Shown in pieces: positions 60,555-64,000 of a DNA stretch of 64,000 nt. The position numbers and the translations under genes are program-made. Position 1 is the first letter of the stretch. The number at the start of each line of letters is the position of its first letter. The notes under the pieces are model-generated. The model made no database searches, had not been told where the DNA came from, and saw nothing but the letters and a program-made list of their open reading frames with translations. The stretch lies in IMG/VR virus record IMGVR_UViG_3300010384_000002; one strand, written 5' to 3'. The stretch comes from a virus.

Positions 60555-60970
60555 AGGTGGCCGAGCTCGAAGGCGAGGCGCTGGCCGAGTGGGTGGCGCG
60601 TGCCGCAGGCTACCCAGTCCAGAAGGATAGCGGTACTCTGACCGTAGAGTTGCCGTTCAATCCGTGGGTTGCATCGTTCGGCCCGCACGGCTTCCGCCCC
60701 GATCTGAATTGGAGCCAGGGCGGGCCGCTGCTCGATCGGTTCGAGGTGTGCATCGGACGCGGCGAGTCGTCCGAATACGAAGTGATCCGCGAGCCCTTCG
60801 ACGGAGATTCCCCGCGCCCAGGCCGCCGCATTGATCGGAGATACGCTATCGCGCGCCTTTTCGGCCGCGAGGACAAGCACCAGGGCGACACCGCGCTGAT
60901 TGCCGGCTGCCGCGCGATCGTGGCCAGCGTCTACGGCGCCGAAGTACCAGACCAACAACAGGAGGGATGA
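60551..60970 (+). CDS. DUF2591-like phage protein
   Basis: MKVAELEGEALAEWVARAAGY...DLNWSQGGPLLDRF resembles DUF2591 (NinX-like). Confidence 0.55.
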   Translation: MKVAELEGEALAEWVARAAGYPVQKDSGTLTVELPFNPWVASFGPHGFRPDLNWSQGGPLLDRFEVCIGRGESSEYEVIREPFDGDSPRPGRRIDRRYAIARLFGREDKHQGDTALIAGCRAIVASVYGAEVPDQQQEG

Positions 60971-61404
60971 TGAGCAACGAGCACCTGAACCTCGGCGCGC
61001 TGGCGCCGCACGAGCTGGCTGTGCACGTCGCGGCCGCAATGGCTGCACAGGCCGCCAGCGGCGCCCAGCTGGACCCGCTGCAGGCGGTGATCTACGAGGC
61101 CGCGAAGCGCTACGCCGAACAGACGGCCACCGGCGCGCGCCATCGCATGGTCGTTATCAGCCCAAACGACAACTCAGACTACTGCTACCTCGACGTCGAC
61201 GAGGAAACGGCGATGAAGCTGTTCAATGAAGGCGAGGACGCCCACCTGTATCAAGAGCAGGCGTTGAAGGTCACAAATATCGACTTCGCCGGCGGCTTCA
61301 TGCTCTGGCGGAACATGGGCAACGACATGGCCGATATCCTCGGCCAGCGCGGCCTGCCGCCCGAGCTGGCGGACCTGCTGCGCGGCCCACAAGATAAGGG
61401 GTGA
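60967..61404 (+). CDS. Hypothetical protein
   Basis: 145-aa ORF, the last gene of the rightward cassette. Confidence 0.55.
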   Translation: MMSNEHLNLGALAPHELAVHVAAAMAAQAASGAQLDPLQAVIYEAAKRYAEQTATGARHRMVVISPNDNSDYCYLDVDEETAMKLFNEGEDAHLYQEQALKVTNIDFAGGFMLWRNMGNDMADILGQRGLPPELADLLRGPQDKG

Positions 61405-61410
61405 TGACGA

Positions 61411-61566
61411 TCACCCGGCGGGCTGCTGCGCCACGTGACGCGCGTGCCAGTCCGCCACCTCGACGCCCAGCAGCGCCCCGATGGCGATGCCGCCCGCCAC
61501 GATCACCAGCGCCACCACCAGATCCGCGACCAGGGCGCAGCGCCGCCCTTTGACGACCCTCGGCAT
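61411..61566 (-). CDS. Small membrane protein (start reassigned)
   Basis: ATG 61566 (ATGA overlap): MPRVVKGRRCALVADLVVALVIVAGGIAIGALLGV..., with one TM segment. Confidence 0.45.
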   Translation of the reverse strand: MPRVVKGRRCALVADLVVALVIVAGGIAIGALLGVEVADWHARHVAQQPAG

Positions 61567-61826
61567 CACCGCACCCACTCGGCCAGCAGCTTCGTGTCCG
61601 CCTCGCCGCGCGACTTGATCCCCAGCGTCTCGCTGTGACCGTGGCATTTGCCGCCGTCGATGAAGCCGGCCGCCACGCACTCGCCGTTCTGCTTATAGAG
61701 GCGATTCCAGTCCCGATGGCCGAAGCGGATGCGTTCGCAAGCCTCGGCCATGCGATCGTGGTCAACCATGCGCGGGAACACGAAGATTTCCTCTTTCCCT
61801 GCCAGGGACATGACGATGTATTTCAC
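61566..61826 (-). CDS. Hypothetical protein
   Basis: GTG 61826 (GTGA overlap): VKYIVMSLAGKEEIFVFPRMVDHDRMAEACERIRF... Confidence 0.5.
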   Translation of the reverse strand: MKYIVMSLAGKEEIFVFPRMVDHDRMAEACERIRFGHRDWNRLYKQNGECVAAGFIDGGKCHGHSETLGIKSRGEADTKLLAEWVR

Positions 61827-62881
61827 GCGGCACCGCCTTTCAAGCAGTACTCGAACATCGCCTTGGCCTGCTCGGCATTGAACAGGTTCGTGCCCGATGG
61901 CATGCCCCACTGCGCTGCATACGTGCGGCTGAACGACACACCCGCGTCCGGATAGAAGTCCACGGGCAGCTTCCAGCCGAGGAAGCGGTTGACCATGGCG
62001 TCCACATCGACCGTGGCGGCCGCTGGCGCCTGCTTATCGGCCCGGTAGCGATCTTCCGCCAGCAGGAAGGCGGCGTAGCCCCATGCCACGCCCAGCGCCT
62101 TCTCATAGGCGTACTGCTGGCCGAGCGTTTCCGAGAAGTCGTCGATGTCGCTGCACGACTCCTCGCCTCGCACGCTGAACCCGTTCTTGAACGTGATTTC
62201 GCACACGGTGGTGCGGCCGTCCGGGCGGATCTCGTGCGTCACCGAGCGGAACATGGCCTCCAGGGCCGCGCGCGCGACCTTCTTTGGCAGCTGCGGCTGC
62301 ACCAGCGCCGGCGGCATCAGGCGCGGGATGATGCGCTCGACGCCATCCGCGTCACGCACCAGCGCGTCGCCGGCCACGGGCTCGCGGCCGCCCAGTTTTA
62401 CGTGATCGTGCTCCAGCTCCTCGGCCGGTGCGCGGTCATAGGTGATGGCATAGGCCAGGATGCCGCCCACCTTCGGCGGCGGTGCCTGATACACCTCGCG
62501 GCGCACGCTCTTGACGCGATCGAGCACGGTGGAGGGCATCGGCGCGGCAGCGGCCGGCGCCACGGGCTCCTCATGCGTGCGGATCGGCCAGGCCGGATGC
62601 TCGCTATCGTCCGCCGGCGAGGCGCGGTGGTACGCGCCCAGGAACAGCGCCTCGGGCACGATCTTGGCGCGGCCTTCGGTGTCCTGCACGAGGTAGTCGC
62701 CGGGCTTCGGCTTGTGCTGCGCCTGCCAGCCCTCGGGCGTGGGCAACGTGATGTTGTGGCCCTGCAGGCGCAGCGCGCGCCACCCGAGCGGGTTATAGGC
62801 GGATGCGACGCCATCGAGCACGTCGATGATCTGCGCGGCGTACACGATGGCGGTGGAGTTGGTCGGGTGGTAGAGCTGCAT
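61823..62881 (-). CDS. N4 Gp49/Sf6 gp66-family domain protein
   Basis: TTVCEITFKNGFSVRGEESCSDIDDFSETLGQQYAYEKALGVAWGYAAFLLAE matches that family pattern. Its start lies at the foot of a 12-bp hairpin. Confidence 0.6.
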   Translation of the reverse strand: MQLYHPTNSTAIVYAAQIIDVLDGVASAYNPLGWRALRLQGHNITLPTPEGWQAQHKPKPGDYLVQDTEGRAKIVPEALFLGAYHRASPADDSEHPAWPIRTHEEPVAPAAAAPMPSTVLDRVKSVRREVYQAPPPKVGGILAYAITYDRAPAEELEHDHVKLGGREPVAGDALVRDADGVERIIPRLMPPALVQPQLPKKVARAALEAMFRSVTHEIRPDGRTTVCEITFKNGFSVRGEESCSDIDDFSETLGQQYAYEKALGVAWGYAAFLLAEDRYRADKQAPAAATVDVDAMVNRFLGWKLPVDFYPDAGVSFSRTYAAQWGMPSGTNLFNAEQAKAMFEYCLKGGAA

Positions 62882-62919
62882 GCTGGAGGCCTTTGACAGT
62901 GATAATCAAGGCCTCCAGC
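62882..62919 (-). promoter_or_regulatory. 12-bp perfect hairpin abutting start codon 62881
   Basis: GCTGGAGGCCTT-N14-AAGGCCTCCAGC then ATG. The loop carries TGATTATCA. Confidence 0.7.
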
Positions 62920-62925
62920 GTGGCG

Positions 62926-63126
62926 TCACGACTTTTGCCAGGGATGGCTTTTCGCTTCCTCTTTCACGATGGCCATGGCCTCGGCCGCCGACTTGCCGTT
63001 GATCCGGATCAGCTGCTTCATGCGCGTGACCATCCACGCCACCTCATCGGCTGGGATGCCGGCCAGCTCGCCCAGCATCGCCACGCCGTTGTATGTGCCG
63101 TCGCCATTGGCCCAGCGCTCGATCAT
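62926..63126 (-). CDS. Hypothetical protein
   Basis: 66-aa ORF. Its stop TGA lies inside a GTCGTGAC motif. Confidence 0.5.
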   Translation of the reverse strand: MIERWANGDGTYNGVAMLGELAGIPADEVAWMVTRMKQLIRINGKSAAEAMAIVKEEAKSHPWQKS

Positions 63127-63338
63127 GGCGCCTCACCGGCGTCGAGCTTCTGGATAATCGTCTGCAGGTAGTTGGCCAAGTCCAGCGCTTCCTCCAGCGC
63201 GTGCTGTAACAGCTGGCGGTGCGTGAGCCCGGAGGCGCCCAGCGTCACACCGTACTTGGCCACGCCCACGCGCGAGCGATCGAGCAGCAGCTGGCGATTC
63301 GCCTCCACGACCGGATCGGGTGCGTGCTCGGTCGTCAT
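63123..63338 (-). CDS. Hypothetical protein
   Basis: The real start is MTTEHAPDPVVEANRQLLLDRSRVGVAKYG at ATG 63338 (ATGA overlap). Confidence 0.5.
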   Translation of the reverse strand: MTTEHAPDPVVEANRQLLLDRSRVGVAKYGVTLGASGLTHRQLLQHALEEALDLANYLQTIIQKLDAGEAP

Positions 63339-63493
63339 TCCCACCACTTCCTCGGCCCCTTACGTTCACGAGGGAACGGGCCACGCGACGTGCGATCGAG
63401 GTGGCGCAGCAGGCGGAACAGCGCCACCAGGGCGGTGCCGACGCCCCAGCCGGCCAGCATCCACAGCAGCGGCGCGGGAATGTGCAGGGTCAT
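63335..63493 (-). CDS. 52-aa membrane protein (not in ORF track)
   Basis: Hand translation: MTLHIPAPLLWMLAGWGVGTALVALFRLLRHLDRTSRGPFPRERKGPRKWWE. ATGA overlaps at both ends. Confidence 0.5.
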   Translation of the reverse strand: MTLHIPAPLLWMLAGWGVGTALVALFRLLRHLDRTSRGPFPRERKGPRKWWE

Positions 63494-63882
63494 GGCCGCA
63501 CCAACAGGTAATGGTGCCAGTCGGACGGCTCGCCATCCAGCCCGGCGCGCGAGGGATGCGGGTCGAAGTGCACCAGGCCGTTCTGCCCCACCACCGCGTG
63601 CGTGCCGCCAGGGTTGCGCGGCGACGGCCCGGAAATCAGGTGGTAGATCACATCATCGGCCCACAAGAACGCGCCGCGCATCATGACGAAGGCGAAGCCT
63701 TGCCGGCGGCAGAACTCGGCCACCAGCAGCCAGAAGTTGCCCTTGCCGTCAGCGTCCAGCTGCGCGAAGTGCGGCACCTCGGCAATCGGAAGATCGAGCA
63801 GCGAAGCCAGCGCGGCGCGCATGCAATCGCCTTGCTGGCCCTGCTCGGGCAGGTGCAGGAACTCTTGATCGACCGGCGTCAT
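63490..63882 (-). CDS. Hypothetical protein with conserved-looking Cys/His
   Basis: 130 aa with QGDCMRAALASLL...HAVVG. It is possibly papain-like, but this is unproven. Confidence 0.5.
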   Translation of the reverse strand: MTPVDQEFLHLPEQGQQGDCMRAALASLLDLPIAEVPHFAQLDADGKGNFWLLVAEFCRRQGFAFVMMRGAFLWADDVIYHLISGPSPRNPGGTHAVVGQNGLVHFDPHPSRAGLDGEPSDWHHYLLVRP

Positions 63883-64000
63883 GCTGCGCCCTCCTGCGGT
63901 TCCCGCTGGACCGGGAACGGCTCGCCCGTCACCGCATGGAAAGGAGCCCGGCCAGTCTGCTCGAAATAGCGCTGACAGGTGACGTCGACGAAGCGCGGGT
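63879..64000 (-). CDS. DNA methyltransferase, C-terminal fragment (5' end off window)
   Basis: Hand translation: ...PRFVDVTCQRYFEQTGRAPFHAVTGEPFPVQREPQEGAA-stop. This resembles the C-terminal tail of phage N6/N4 DNA methylases. ATGA overlap with the next gene. Confidence 0.5.
   Translation of the reverse strand, partial: PRFVDVTCQRYFEQTGRAPFHAVTGEPFPVQREPQEGAA

Noticed and set aside
1-64000. Integrase/excisionase genes and att-type direct repeats that would define prophage ends.
   Set aside because: None was found by reading the translations or scanning intergenic regions. This absence is used only as weak support for a plasmid-like or non-integrated state, because the replicon continues beyond both window edges.

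Overview
This window is a gene-dense, high-GC segment (about 65% by eye) of a contractile-tailed dsDNA phage. It looks like a prophage or phage-plasmid of a beta- or gamma-proteobacterium. No similarity search was run. All functional calls come from motifs I recognise in the translations. All coordinates were checked by hand against the printed sequence.

Layout, with most genes on the minus strand:
- 64000-61411: early genes, starting with the 3' end of a DNA methyltransferase.
- 55172-61404 (+): an early cassette driven by a consensus sigma70 promoter. It contains DUF1643-like and DUF6283-like proteins, a serine recombinase, and ParA plus an RHH partition pair.
- 54912-41316 (-): early or accessory genes. 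These include an exported Ser/Thr phosphatase, a 1725-aa polyvalent protein (atypical kinase-like domain plus C-terminal ADP-ribosyltransferase) and a Nudix protein.
- 41100-41300: a control region with a perfect LexA box, palindromes and a terminator.
- 40929-38248 (-): an unusual double-ATPase terminase.
- 35786-38258 (+): an inverted accessory cassette with two near-identical operator-bearing promoters and a terminal HTH gene.
- 35645-1 (-): the morphogenesis operon. In order: portal, MuF-like protein, protease, scaffold, capsid, decoration and neck genes, sheath, tube, holin-endolysin, chaperones, tape measure with SLT domain, baseplate, DUF4815-like protein, tail fibre.

Two low-GC plus-strand islands interrupt the morphogenesis operon. 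One carries a secreted protein plus higBA (30395-31465). The other carries a GIY-YIG homing endonuclease (20040-20807).

Most notable non-coding signal: an oriented octamer, GTCGTGAC, marks 12 cistron junctions of the minus-strand operons only. It is often followed by hairpins that bury the ribosome-binding site.

Many ORF-track entries are antisense or N-terminally over-extended artefacts of the high GC. True starts usually sit in ATGA or GTGA stop-start overlaps.
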